Positions 24,701-25,261 of a stretch of DNA of 25,261 bases are shown in pieces. The DNA comes from a virus. Its lineage: Duplodnaviria > Caudoviricetes. The position numbers were made by a program, and so were the translations under genes. Every line of letters starts with the position of its first letter. Position 1 is the first letter of the stretch. The notes below the pieces were generated by a model. That model saw nothing but the letters and a program-made list of their open reading frames with translations. It was not told the DNA's origin and searched no databases. The DNA lies in the IMG/VR virus record IMGVR_UViG_3300036770_005207, positions 1-25,261 of that record; one strand, written 5' to 3'.

Positions 24701-25257
24701 TTGCAATGGGTGGTGAACCTGCTACTGGTAAAACCACTTTAATTTTTAAATTGATTTCGATGGCTGACGATTGGAAAGTTGTAAAGCCACAAAAACTCCT
24801 AGATGCAATGTATTCTGAAAAGTTAAATTTATACATTCTTGGTAAGTATGAAAATGATGGTAACGTTTTTCAGGGTACAGATCGTTTGTCAATGGCAGTT
24901 CAACCAGACGCTGAGAAATTCTTTAATGAACTCCCTAATGTAAATGTAATTTTTGAAGGCGATCGATTATTTAACGCAAAGATGTTAGATTTTCTTTCGG
25001 AAAAATTTCCTGAAGATTTTAAAGTCTTAATTCTTACAGTCAAAAATTCGACGTTAGATCAACGTCATATTGATCGTAAAGATGACCAAGATGATAAGTT
25101 TAAGAACTCTCGTAAAACTAAAATCTCAAATATTCGCAGTTCGCTAACTTTGATGGACTATATAGAAGTGATGGTAAATGAGAATCTCGACGACCAACAA
25201 AAGATTCTTGATAATGTTAAATCTTTTTTCAGTGGAGTGAATAATAATGCAACTTGA
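24688..25257 (+). CDS. P-loop nucleotide kinase, probable 5-hydroxymethyluracil (5-hm-pyrimidine) DNA kinase
   Basis: Walker A GGEPATGKTT, LGKY...GTDRLS, VIFEGDRL and a lid R-x-x-x-R (QRHIDR); overlaps the transferase gene. Confidence 0.72.
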   Translation: MARVIAMGGEPATGKTTLIFKLISMADDWKVVKPQKLLDAMYSEKLNLYILGKYENDGNVFQGTDRLSMAVQPDAEKFFNELPNVNVIFEGDRLFNAKMLDFLSEKFPEDFKVLILTVKNSTLDQRHIDRKDDQDDKFKNSRKTKISNIRSSLTLMDYIEVMVNENLDDQQKILDNVKSFFSGVNNNAT

Positions 25258-25261
25258 AATC
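25247..25261 (+). CDS. Start of next gene (MQLEI...), truncated by the window edge
   Basis: SD GGAG at 25234-37, ATG at 25247 overlapping the kinase end; only 5 codons are visible. Confidence 0.45.

Noticed and set aside
1-25261. tRNA, rRNA, CRISPR array, intron or intein
   Set aside because: Intergenic gaps are short and explained by promoters or terminators. No cloverleaf or regularly spaced repeats were seen by eye, and core proteins have normal lengths.

Overview
A 25 kb segment of a T4-like (Tevenvirinae-related, cyanophage/pelagiphage-type gene order) myovirus genome; every credible gene is on the + strand. Four blocks are visible. (1) Virion genes: gp19 (partial), gp20, gp67, an extra core ORF, gp68-like, gp21, gp22, gp23 and gp3, with T4-type late promoters (TATAAATA). 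(2) Recombination and transcription genes: uvsY, uvsW, gp55, gp47 and gp46, followed by a peptide deformylase. (3) An early-type accessory block (HEXXH/vWA protein, MoxR/CobS-like AAA+ ATPase, small ORFs, a winged-helix protein) with sigma70-like promoters, two of which share an IHF-box/leaderless-start design. (4) A tightly overlapping 7-gene operon (19162-25257) that looks like a complex DNA base hypermodification system: TET/JBP-family 2OG-Fe(II) dioxygenase, class II glutamine amidotransferase, GT-B glycosyltransferase, amidoligase, LMW-PTP-like phosphatase, amino acid:DNA transferase (aGPT-Pplase2-like) and a P-loop kinase like 5-hmU DNA kinase. The dioxygenase and the transferase end in a gp55-like tail that may bind the sliding clamp. 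All family calls come from motif recognition by eye; no database searches were run.
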